Sequence record: KY555145.1
Length of the DNA stretch: 64,000 nucleotides
Reading direction: 5' to 3' (one strand)
The notes below the pieces were generated by a model. That model was not told where the DNA came from. It did no database searches and saw nothing but the letters and a program-made list of their open reading frames with translations. This document shows positions 54,204 through 60,683 of the stretch, one piece after another. A program made the translations under genes and the position numbers. The number at the start of each line of letters is the position of its first letter. The stretch's first letter is position 1.

Positions 54204-54240
54204 AAGGCGGCTCCCAGCAAGGAGACCGCCTTTTCTTTTT
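54204..54240 (+). terminator. attenuator terminator 2
   Basis: AAGGCGGCTCC/GGAGACCGCCTT then TTCTTTTT. Confidence 0.8.
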
Positions 54241-54252
54241 CGCGTTGATCAT

Positions 54253-54328
54253 CGGGGTGTAGCTCAGTCGGTAGAGCGCTCGGTTCGGGACCGAGAGGCC
54301 GTGGGTTCGAGTCCCGCCACCCAGACCA
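54253..54328 (+). tRNA. tRNA-Pro(CGG)
   Basis: Loop TT-CGG-GA, CCA end. Confidence 0.9.
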
Positions 54329-54335
54329 ACGCCAT

Positions 54336-54410
54336 CGGGATGTAGCTCAGCGGTAGAGCGCGCGGCTGGGGGCCGCGAGGCCGCAGGTTCGAGACCTGCC
54401 ACCCCGACCA
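54336..54410 (+). tRNA. tRNA-Pro(GGG)
   Basis: Loop CT-GGG-GG, CCA end. Confidence 0.88.
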
Positions 54411-54415
54411 ACAAC

Positions 54416-54488
54416 GCTGCTGCGCCTGGATCGGCGCCGGCCCCTTGGTATGGGGAAGTAGAAGGTTCAATTCCTTCCAGCAGCACCA
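54416..54488 (+). tRNA. atypical tRNA-Thr(GGT)
   Basis: Perfect 7-bp acceptor G1-C72/C2-G71, loop TT-GGT-AT, aberrant D-arm. Confidence 0.6.
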
Positions 54489-54493
54489 ACAAC

Positions 54494-54563
54494 GCCGATG
54501 CCTCTAGGAGGACACGTCTTTCGTAATGACGTCAGGTGGGTGCGATCCCCACTTTCGGCTCCA
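54494..54563 (+). tRNA. atypical tRNA-Thr(CGT)
   Basis: GCC/GGC acceptor, ACGTC/GACGT stem, TT-CGT-AA closed by a T.T pair, small D-arm, CCA end. Confidence 0.55.
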
Positions 54564-54600
54564 TCAAGAGATGATCAAGGAGAGATCAGACGAAACAAAT

Positions 54601-54687
54601 GGATGTGTCACCTCAGTGGCGAGAGGACCGGGCTCTTAATCCGGCAGCGAAAGCTCATCGTGGGTTCGAGTCCCACCACATCCTCCA
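54601..54687 (+). tRNA. tRNA-Lys(CTT) with long variable arm
   Basis: Loop CT-CTT-AA; variable arm AGC-GAAA-GCT. Confidence 0.8.
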
Positions 54688-54692
54688 ATAAT

Positions 54693-54783
54693 GCACGAGT
54701 GACCCGAGTGGCGAAGGGCGTCGACTTTTAATAGACTAGGCGTCCGCGCCTCACCGAGGGTTCGAGTCCCTCCTCGTGCTCCA
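54693..54783 (+). tRNA. tRNA-Lys(TTT) with long variable arm
   Basis: Loop CT-TTT-AA; variable arm AGGCG-TCCG-CGCCT. Confidence 0.8.
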
Positions 54784-54789
54784 GGTTGT

Positions 54790-54873
54790 GCGAAAGTGGC
54801 GGAACGGCAGACGCACTGGTCTCAGGTACCAGCGACTTCGGTCATGAGGGTTCGAATCCCTCCTTTCGTACCA
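54790..54873 (+). tRNA. tRNA-Leu(CAG)
   Basis: Class II cloverleaf, CCA end. Confidence 0.9.
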
Positions 54874-54880
54874 ACGACAT

Positions 54881-54965
54881 GCCGGTCTGGCGGAAATGGC
54901 AGACGCAGTGGCTTCAAGTCCCACCGCCTTCGGGCGTCCCGGTTCGAGGCCGGGGACCGGCACCA
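54881..54965 (+). tRNA. tRNA-Leu(CAA)
   Basis: Class II cloverleaf, CCA end. Confidence 0.88.
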
Positions 54966-54970
54966 TTTGA

Positions 54971-55059
54971 TGCGAAGTGGCGGAACTTTGGTAGACGCAC
55001 CGGCATGAGAGGCCGGCGCCCTTCGGGGCGTGAGGGTTCGAGTCCCTTCTTCGCGACCA
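54971..55059 (+). tRNA. tRNA-Leu(GAG)
   Basis: Class II cloverleaf, loop AT-GAG-AG. Confidence 0.88.
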
Positions 55060-55066
55060 ATATAAT

Positions 55067-55138
55067 GCCGGACGGCGCAGGCGCGCGGGGGAGGTTGTGT
55101 CCCTCCTTGGCTCCGATCGTTACGGAGGTTCGGTTCCA
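55067..55138 (+). tRNA. atypical tRNA-His(GTG)
   Basis: GGAGG/CCTCC stem, loop TT-GTG-TC; non-canonical T-loop ATCGTTA. Confidence 0.55.
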
Positions 55139-55142
55139 TTAC

Positions 55143-55213
55143 GGGGTATGCGCAGGGCGCAGGCATCCTTTGCAAGGAAGTCGGGGTGGGTTCGAGTCCC
55201 ACATACTCCACCA
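55143..55213 (+). tRNA. tRNA-Ala(TGC)
   Basis: G3:U70 identity pair, loop TT-TGC-AA. Confidence 0.82.
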
Positions 55214-55217
55214 ACAT

Positions 55218-55305
55218 GGTAGGTTGGCTGAGAGGCCGAAGGCGCCCGTTTCGAAAACGGGAGGACCGCAAGGTTCCGTGGGTTCGAATCCCACACCTAC
55301 CTCCA
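55218..55305 (+). tRNA. tRNA-Ser(CGA)
   Basis: Class II cloverleaf. Confidence 0.9.
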
Positions 55306-55309
55306 ACAT

Positions 55310-55397
55310 GGATGTATGGCTGAGAGGCCGAAGGCGCCCGCTTGGAAAGCGGGTGAACCGCAAGGTTCCGTAGGTTCGAATCCTACTGCATCCGCCA
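55310..55397 (+). tRNA. tRNA-Ser(GGA)
   Basis: Class II cloverleaf. Confidence 0.9.
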
Positions 55398-55401
55398 ATA
55401 T

Positions 55402-55488
55402 GGTAGGTGGTTCCGGCCTGGGGCCGGACCCGGTTGCTAACCGGCCGGAGCCGCAAGGCTTGGGGTTCGATTCCTCCTCCTACCGCCA
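55402..55488 (+). tRNA. tRNA-Ser(GCT)
   Basis: Class II cloverleaf. Confidence 0.85.
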
Positions 55489-55531
55489 CTTCGATGTTGA
55501 CACCCGCAACGCGGCCTGTCATACGTCACGA

Positions 55532-55745
55532 CAGAGCGAACACCCCCCGGCCGGGTTTGTTGTCATACCGGGTCGTCACGCCCCGTCGGGGCTCTAGTAG
55601 CTCTTCGTGTGGAGTTTTCCGCCTCCCTCCCAGACAAGGAGGCGGACCCAACCAACATCGCGATCTCCCGTGATCGTCGGCGACGGGCGCCGTCAGAGAC
55701 CTTTGCCTGCGCGGCTTCGCTGCGGCCCTGGTCTCGTCCCGACCA
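55532..55745 (+). ncRNA. candidate structured small RNA
   Basis: Own promoter (TTGACA 55497, CATACG 55520); several hairpins; no convincing ORF. Confidence 0.4.
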
Positions 55746-55764
55746 AATTTTTTCGTCGTGGTGC

Positions 55765-55793
55765 TTGACACTGCGAAACTGTTCTGCTAGGGT
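55765..55793 (+). promoter_or_regulatory. sigma70-type promoter, tRNA operon 3
   Basis: AAATTTTTT, TTGACA, GCTAGGGT. Confidence 0.7.
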
Positions 55794-55800
55794 TCACGTC

Positions 55801-55899
55801 ATGAGCAAGACCTATCGTCAATTTGTGCGCCAGATTCAGGTCGTCCGGAATATCCGGGCGGGCCGCTCGCGCATGGCTGACGAAGGGTTCCGGGACTAG
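55801..55899 (+). CDS. leader peptide 3 (32 aa)
   Basis: MSKTYRQFVRQIQVVRNIRAGRSRMADEGFRD, nearly leaderless ATG. Confidence 0.7.
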   Translation: MSKTYRQFVRQIQVVRNIRAGRSRMADEGFRD

Positions 55900-55928
55900 G
55901 TCCCACTCCACGTTCAACCAGTTTCGCG

Positions 55929-55960
55929 AAGGCCCGCCTGGACACCCAGGCGGGCCTTTT
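55929..55960 (+). terminator. attenuator terminator 3
   Basis: AAGGCCCGCCTGG/CCAGGCGGGCCTT then TT. Confidence 0.85.
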
Positions 55961-56001
55961 CGCATTTCAGCTTCAGATCACGGAGATCGCCAAACAGACA
56001 C

Positions 56002-56086
56002 GGATGCTTAAAGCTGGAGGGCTCCAGCCGGGGACTGTAAATCCCCTCTCTTCGGAGGAGTGGTTCGATCCCACAAGCATCCACCA
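56002..56086 (+). tRNA. tRNA-Tyr(GTA)
   Basis: Loop CT-GTA-AA, long variable arm. Confidence 0.85.
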
Positions 56087-56091
56087 ACCAC

Positions 56092-56167
56092 GGACTCGTA
56101 GCTCAGCAGGTAGAGCGCCGGCTTGAAACCCCGGAGGTCGGAGGTTCGACTCCTCCCGTTTCCACCA
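56092..56167 (+). tRNA. tRNA-Phe(GAA)
   Basis: Cloverleaf, two acceptor mismatches. Confidence 0.85.
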
Positions 56168-56172
56168 ACAAC

Positions 56173-56248
56173 GCCCGATGAGCCAGATGGGAAGGCGCCG
56201 CCGCGACATGGCGGGATTGAGAAGGTTCGATTCCTTCATCAGGCACCA
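56173..56248 (+). tRNA. tRNA-Val(GAC)
   Basis: Loop GC-GAC-AT. Confidence 0.85.
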
Positions 56249-56250
56249 AT

Positions 56251-56326
56251 GCAAGTGTAGCTCAGTTGGTAGAGCAGCGGACCGATAATCCGCCCGTCCC
56301 TGGTTCGAGTCCAGGCATTTGCACCA
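56251..56326 (+). tRNA. tRNA-Ile(GAT)
   Basis: Loop CC-GAT-AA. Confidence 0.88.
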
Positions 56327-56333
56327 ATTCTGA

Positions 56334-56408
56334 TGTGGCATAGCTCAGGGGTAGAGCGCGCGCTTGATAAGCGTGAGGACGGGGGTTCGAAGCCCTCTGC
56401 CACTACCA
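56334..56408 (+). tRNA. tRNA-Ile(GAT)
   Basis: Loop TT-GAT-AA. Confidence 0.88.
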
Positions 56409-56441
56409 GTTTCCAGGCCGGCGGAGATGCGCCGGACCTGA

Positions 56442-56517
56442 TGGCGTTTAGCATAGTGGGAGTGCAGGGGTGTCACATACCTCGATCGAACTGGTTCGAT
56501 TCCAGTAACGCCAACCA
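56442..56517 (+). tRNA. tRNA-Val(CAC)
   Basis: Loop GT-CAC-AT. Confidence 0.85.
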
Positions 56518-56522
56518 ATCGT

Positions 56523-56596
56523 TGAGGGTTCGTCTAACGGTAGGACGGCTGGGTCTGGTCCAGCTAATCTAGGTTCGAGTCCTAGCCCCTCATCCA
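56523..56596 (+). tRNA. tRNA-Gln(CTG)
   Basis: Loop GT-CTG-GT. Confidence 0.87.
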
Positions 56597-56604
56597 AATA
56601 CTGT

Positions 56605-56680
56605 TCAGGGTTAGTTTAGCTGGTAAAACACTGGGTTTTGGCCCCGGCGTCGCTAGGTTCGAAGCCTGCACCCTGATCCA
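56605..56680 (+). tRNA. tRNA-Gln(TTG)
   Basis: Loop TT-TTG-GC. Confidence 0.85.
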
Positions 56681-56691
56681 TTTGAGTTTAT

Positions 56692-56766
56692 TCCAGTCAA
56701 TGCACAAGGTGTGCAGCGGCACTGTTAATGCCTGTGAGCCCGGTTCGATTCCGGGGTCTGGAGCCA
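56692..56766 (+). tRNA. tRNA-Asn(GTT)
   Basis: Loop CT-GTT-AA. Confidence 0.87.
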
Positions 56767-56792
56767 ACACGCCGGCCGAGGCCGGCACAAGC

Positions 56793-56875
56793 GCCCTGGT
56801 AACCGAGGGGGACTACGAATCCCTTAGTCGTAGCAGGAGTTGAAAAGGGTGGTTCGAATCCACTCCAGGGTGCCA
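56793..56875 (+). tRNA. atypical tRNA-Arg(ACG)-like, D-arm-less
   Basis: 7-bp acceptor, GGGGA/TCCCT with loop CT-ACG-AA, canonical T-loop, CCA end. Confidence 0.5.
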
Positions 56876-56882
56876 AATTCAT

Positions 56883-56965
56883 AGCGCGCAGGCCGAGCAG
56901 GATCATCGTCAGGCGTCGCCCTCCGAAGGCGAAGAGGCCCGGTTCGAGTCCGGGGCGCGCTGCCA
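56883..56965 (+). tRNA. tRNA-Arg(CCG) with enlarged D-loop
   Basis: Loop CT-CCG-AA; 17-nt D-loop. Confidence 0.8.
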
Positions 56966-56968
56966 TTC

Positions 56969-57046
56969 GCGCAGGTAGCTCAACGGACCCAGAGCGACCG
57001 TCTTCTACACGGAGGGTTGGGGGTTCGAATCCCTCCCTGCGCGCCA
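56969..57046 (+). tRNA. tRNA-Arg(TCT)
   Basis: Loop CT-TCT-AC. Confidence 0.9.
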
Positions 57047-57327
57047 AGCTTGACGAGTGATGCCGAATCGCTCAGCCTCCCGATCGGCTCTCGATGGGCC
57101 TCCACAAACCCAGTTCCGGACGATCTTCGAACGCGGCCTGCCGTGGAGGGGTGCTGGAAGGGCCGGGGTTGTGGAAACCGTCGAGCATCTCCTACATCCG
57201 GATCGGGCCTCCTGGGGGCTCCTCCGGTCAACCAGGGCCTGACCCGACCCCGGAGATGCGCCGTCTACGATCACCCAGGACCGTCCTGGCGGTGGAAAGG
57301 GTCTGAAATTTTTCTGGCGCTGATGTG

Positions 57328-57460
57328 TTGACACTCCTCGGAGGTTCGTCTAAAACCAGCAGCGTCAGAGCGGCGTTGGACCACGAGGTCCGCCGCGAGC
57401 TTCTGCGTTGTCGTCAGGAACGGCCCGTCAGCAATCCCGCTGGCGGGTCGTTTCGTTTTG
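57328..57460 (+). ncRNA. candidate ~100-nt small RNA with promoter and AAUCCC-loop terminator
   Basis: TTGACA, 17 bp, TAAAAC; hairpin CCCGTCAGC-AATCCC-GCTGGCGGG then T-rich tail. Confidence 0.5.
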
Positions 57461-57494
57461 GGCGCAATGCGACGTTCAGTCCAACCATGGGTAG

Positions 57495-57511
57495 TGTCAT
57501 GAATCTTGACT
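57495..57511 (+). promoter_or_regulatory. late promoter motif
   Basis: TGTCATGAATCTTGACT. Confidence 0.65.
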
Positions 57512-57579
57512 TTCGGCACTTATTCCGGTAGCTTTCCCGACATCAGCAAACGCTCACAAGTCGGGGACCGAGAGCCGTC

Positions 57580-57996
57580 ATGTCGCAAGACCACAACGGC
57601 TCGTCCTCGGGCCAAGAACGCATCTACCAGAAACTGGATGAGCTTGGCTCCATGCACGCGCGCACCCGTGAAGATATTGCCCGCATCCAGGAGATGATGC
57701 GAGCGGTCGGTTCGTCGCAGGAGCGGATCGAAAAGCGCCAGGATCATTTCGAGCGCGAAATCTGGCGTGAGATGGAAGACCGCGCCGCGCGCACGAGCGC
57801 CCAACTCGACGAAATCAAGAGCCACACCAACCTGCGCATCGAGGAGATCGAGGCCAAGGTCGACACGATCCGCGAGGAACGGATCGCCGAGAAGGCCCAG
57901 TGGCGCGGCCCCGAGAAGGCCATCGCCGCCCTGGTCGCCGTCGCCGGGGCCATCGCCGCCTTCGCCACGATCCTCACTTTCCTGAAGGGACACTAA
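57580..57996 (+). CDS. coiled-coil protein with C-terminal TM helix (holin/XhlA-like candidate)
   Basis: Coiled coil plus AIAALVAVAGAIAAFATILTFL. Confidence 0.6.
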   Translation: MSQDHNGSSSGQERIYQKLDELGSMHARTREDIARIQEMMRAVGSSQERIEKRQDHFEREIWREMEDRAARTSAQLDEIKSHTNLRIEEIEAKVDTIREERIAEKAQWRGPEKAIAALVAVAGAIAAFATILTFLKGH

Positions 57997-58088
57997 GGCT
58001 TATAGTCAAGCTTGCGCACCTGCGGCCAGAAGTCGCGCTTCTTGACACCCGATCTGGGCCGGCATAACCATAGGGCCATCGTTCCTGG

Positions 58089-58310
58089 GTGGAGTTTTCC
58101 CTAATGGCTGTCGCGCTTACTGTCGTCTCGGTTGAGACCGAATCTACCATCCAAGGTGTTGACCCCGACGCGGCGCATGGGCGCCTGATCGAGGTCCTGC
58201 ATACCGCCGCAGAAGCGGGTCTTGGGGAAATGACGTTGGAAGTCAAAGCGGAGATCGCGGCGCTGCTCCAGCAGGCGTCCGTGGAACTCTCCCACTGCCG
58301 GCCGGTGTAG
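58089..58310 (+). CDS. hypothetical protein
   Basis: 73 aa; start may be ATG 58104. Confidence 0.5.
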   Translation: MEFSLMAVALTVVSVETESTIQGVDPDAAHGRLIEVLHTAAEAGLGEMTLEVKAEIAALLQQASVELSHCRPV

Positions 58311-58344
58311 GGGTCCCGTAAATCGCCATCCCAGAGGGAGCGAC

Positions 58345-59211
58345 GTGTCCGAGTCTGCTGAGTTCAACCCGCTCGACCAAAATCAGTTCCCTCCTCGCCT
58401 CACCAAGGCTGCTGCGCGACAGGCGCGGCGCCAGGAGCGCAGCCAGAAAAAGGACCCCACGGCCAACAAGCCGAACTACAAGGCGCTCGAAGCCAAGACC
58501 GAACGCCAACGTCGCTATATCCAGGCCCTCAAGGCCGGTGAAAGCGTCATCGCCATTGGCGGAGCCGGCACGGGGAAGACCTATATCCCGTCCCGGCTCT
58601 TCGCCAAGAAGCTGATCGAGGCGAAGATCGAACGCCTGATCATCGCCCGCGTCACCGCCTCGCGCCCCAAGCACGCCCTGGGCTTCCTGCCCGGCAAGCT
58701 GGAAGCCAAGCTCGCGCCGTGGCTCGTCCCGGTGATCGAGGGCGTCAAGGCCGAGATGAACGCCCAGACCTACACGCAGTTGCAGGAAGCCGGCAAGATC
58801 GAGTTCGCCTCGTTCGAGCACATGCGCGGGCGGACTTTCGCCGAGTGCTGCGTCCTGCTCGACGAGGCCCAGAACGCCGACTACAAGGACCTGAAGATGG
58901 TCCTGACCCGCTGGGGCGAGAACGCCCAATACGCGGTCACCGGCGACATCGACCAGATCGACGTCGACGATTCGGGCCTGGAGACGGTCGTCGACATCGT
59001 CGAGACCCACGACATCCCGATCCACGTGATCGAGTTCACCGACGAGGACGTGGTCCGCTCGCCCATGGCCAAGGCCTGGGTCAAGGCGTTCTCCGCCCAC
59101 GAAGGCAAGGACGAACGGGCGCGGCGCTTCCACCGTCCCGCTGTCAGGAATCTTGACGTCCTGCCAGCTTTTATCGATAATGGCCGTGTCACGAAACCCG
59201 TGGCGTCGTGA
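58345..59211 (+). CDS. phoH: PhoH-family ATPase
   Basis: GGAGTGKT Walker A, LGFLPG, HMRGRTF, LDEAQNA, TRWGE, GDIDQID, DVVRS. Confidence 0.93.
   Translation: MSESAEFNPLDQNQFPPRLTKAAARQARRQERSQKKDPTANKPNYKALEAKTERQRRYIQALKAGESVIAIGGAGTGKTYIPSRLFAKKLIEAKIERLIIARVTASRPKHALGFLPGKLEAKLAPWLVPVIEGVKAEMNAQTYTQLQEAGKIEFASFEHMRGRTFAECCVLLDEAQNADYKDLKMVLTRWGENAQYAVTGDIDQIDVDDSGLETVVDIVETHDIPIHVIEFTDEDVVRSPMAKAWVKAFSAHEGKDERARRFHRPAVRNLDVLPAFIDNGRVTKPVAS
59142..59158 (+). promoter_or_regulatory. late promoter motif inside phoH
   Basis: TGTCAGGAATCTTGACG. Confidence 0.55.
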
Positions 59212-59228
59212 CAAAGACGTAGCGCACC

Positions 59229-59750
59229 ATGGCCTTCACCTTCGTTGTTGAGACTGGCGCCGGGGACCCGGCCGCGAACTCGTACTGCGACGTGCAGTTC
59301 GCGGACGACTACATCTACGCCAATGTCTACGCCAACACCGCCTGGGACGCGCTGGATCAGGACGGCAAGGAACGCTTCCTGGTCCGGGCGTCCAAGTACC
59401 TGGACCGGTCGATCGCCTGGGCCGGGGAGAAGGTCGATGAGGACTCCGGCCTGCGCTGGCCGCGCGCTGGCGTCTATGACGTCGACGGCTTCCTGATCCC
59501 CAGCGACGCCATCCCGCAGCAACTCATGGAGGCCACCGCCGAGATGGCGGCGGCCCTCATGAACAACGACTGGACCTCGCCGCAGACCACGCGCGGCATG
59601 AAGGAAATCCAGGTCGACGTCATCGAACTGAAGTTCGACAGCGAAATCCAGCGCGGCTCCATGCCCGACATCGTCATGTCGATCCTCGAAGGTCTGGGGG
59701 TCGTCAAGACCGGCACCCGTCCGGCCTTCAAGAAGATCATCCGCCACTAA
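59229..59750 (+). CDS. head-tail adaptor (DnaT-like family)
   Basis: ANSYCDV..ADDY..RASKYLD..GLRWPR..IPQQLMEAT. Confidence 0.8.
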   Translation: MAFTFVVETGAGDPAANSYCDVQFADDYIYANVYANTAWDALDQDGKERFLVRASKYLDRSIAWAGEKVDEDSGLRWPRAGVYDVDGFLIPSDAIPQQLMEATAEMAAALMNNDWTSPQTTRGMKEIQVDVIELKFDSEIQRGSMPDIVMSILEGLGVVKTGTRPAFKKIIRH

Positions 59751-60142
59751 TGGCCCTCGAAGCCTTCATCCGTTCGCAGGTCGTCGTCGCCTTCAACCAG
59801 CTAGACGACATCGCCAAGCGTTGGACCTACGTCCAGCGCTCGGGCGATCCGGTGCGTGACGTCGAGACCGGCGTGACCACCTACCCGTCGACCGAGATCG
59901 TCATTCCCAAGGCGGTCAAGGTCCGGTTCAAGAAGGACGAGAAGGACGCCCACGGCCAGACCCTGGTGGGCGAGAAGGTCCTGTTCCCCCGCGTCTACCT
60001 GCCGGGGGATTTCGAGACCGCCACGTCCGACTATCTCGTCGACGAGAAGGACATCATCTGGGAGATCATGAGCGACCTGGGCGACCCGGCCTCGGCGCTG
60101 GCGATGTTCCAGGTCCGCAGCACGCGGAAGAAGACCCCGTGA
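59750..60142 (+). CDS. head-closure/head-tail joining protein
   Basis: Position and size. Confidence 0.6.
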   Translation: MALEAFIRSQVVVAFNQLDDIAKRWTYVQRSGDPVRDVETGVTTYPSTEIVIPKAVKVRFKKDEKDAHGQTLVGEKVLFPRVYLPGDFETATSDYLVDEKDIIWEIMSDLGDPASALAMFQVRSTRKKTP

Positions 60143-60612
60143 AGACGGGCGGAGCCAAGCTCAGCTTCTACACCGACGGGAACCTGGAGGCGGCGTTCAA
60201 GCGCTTCTTCGCCACCGCCGAGAAGCGCTATGACGAGCGCGCCGATCGCCTGCTGATCAAGCTGAACGAACTGATCCTGGCGCGCACGCCCGTCTGGGAG
60301 GGCGACACGATCCACAACTGGCGCTGGTCGACGCGGGCGCCGGACATGCGTCACGAAGCCCCGCTCGACAATGGCGATCCGGGCCGCACGAGCGAGATGA
60401 GCCTGGGCGAGGAGCCGCGCCGCCGCGTCAACGAGACGCGCCCGCGCCAGTCTCTGGCCGGCGCGCTGCGCGCCAAGGAGCCGATCGACATCTATCTGAC
60501 CAACACCGCCGAGAGCGCGGTCGATCTCGAATACGGCCTGCTCCCGACCAGGGCGCAGAGCCGAAACAAAATGGGCATGGTCCGAATCTCCATTAAAGAG
60601 GTGTTCGGGTGA
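60139..60612 (+). CDS. neck/tail completion protein (HK97 gp10-like)
   Basis: RTPVWEG...NW..S ... IYLTN...Y/LEYG. Confidence 0.7.
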   Translation: MKTGGAKLSFYTDGNLEAAFKRFFATAEKRYDERADRLLIKLNELILARTPVWEGDTIHNWRWSTRAPDMRHEAPLDNGDPGRTSEMSLGEEPRRRVNETRPRQSLAGALRAKEPIDIYLTNTAESAVDLEYGLLPTRAQSRNKMGMVRISIKEVFG

Positions 60613-60683
60613 TCCCCGCCCTCATCATTCTGCCGCGCGTCTATCTCGCCGCGTGGCTGTCGTTCTGGCTGGGAGAGGACTGA
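60609..60683 (+). CDS. 24-aa hydrophobic peptide
   Basis: MIPALIILPRVYLAAWLSFWLGED, coupled at both ends. Confidence 0.4.
   Translation: MIPALIILPRVYLAAWLSFWLGED

Noticed and set aside
55532-55745. Phage tmRNA or RNase P RNA
   Set aside because: No GGGG..UCCACCA alanine acceptor with T-arm, no tag ORF, and no RNase P conserved motifs recognised.
52818-57046. Suppressor tRNA or stop-codon recoding
   Set aside because: No CTA, TTA or TCA anticodon; genes end normally in all three stop codons.
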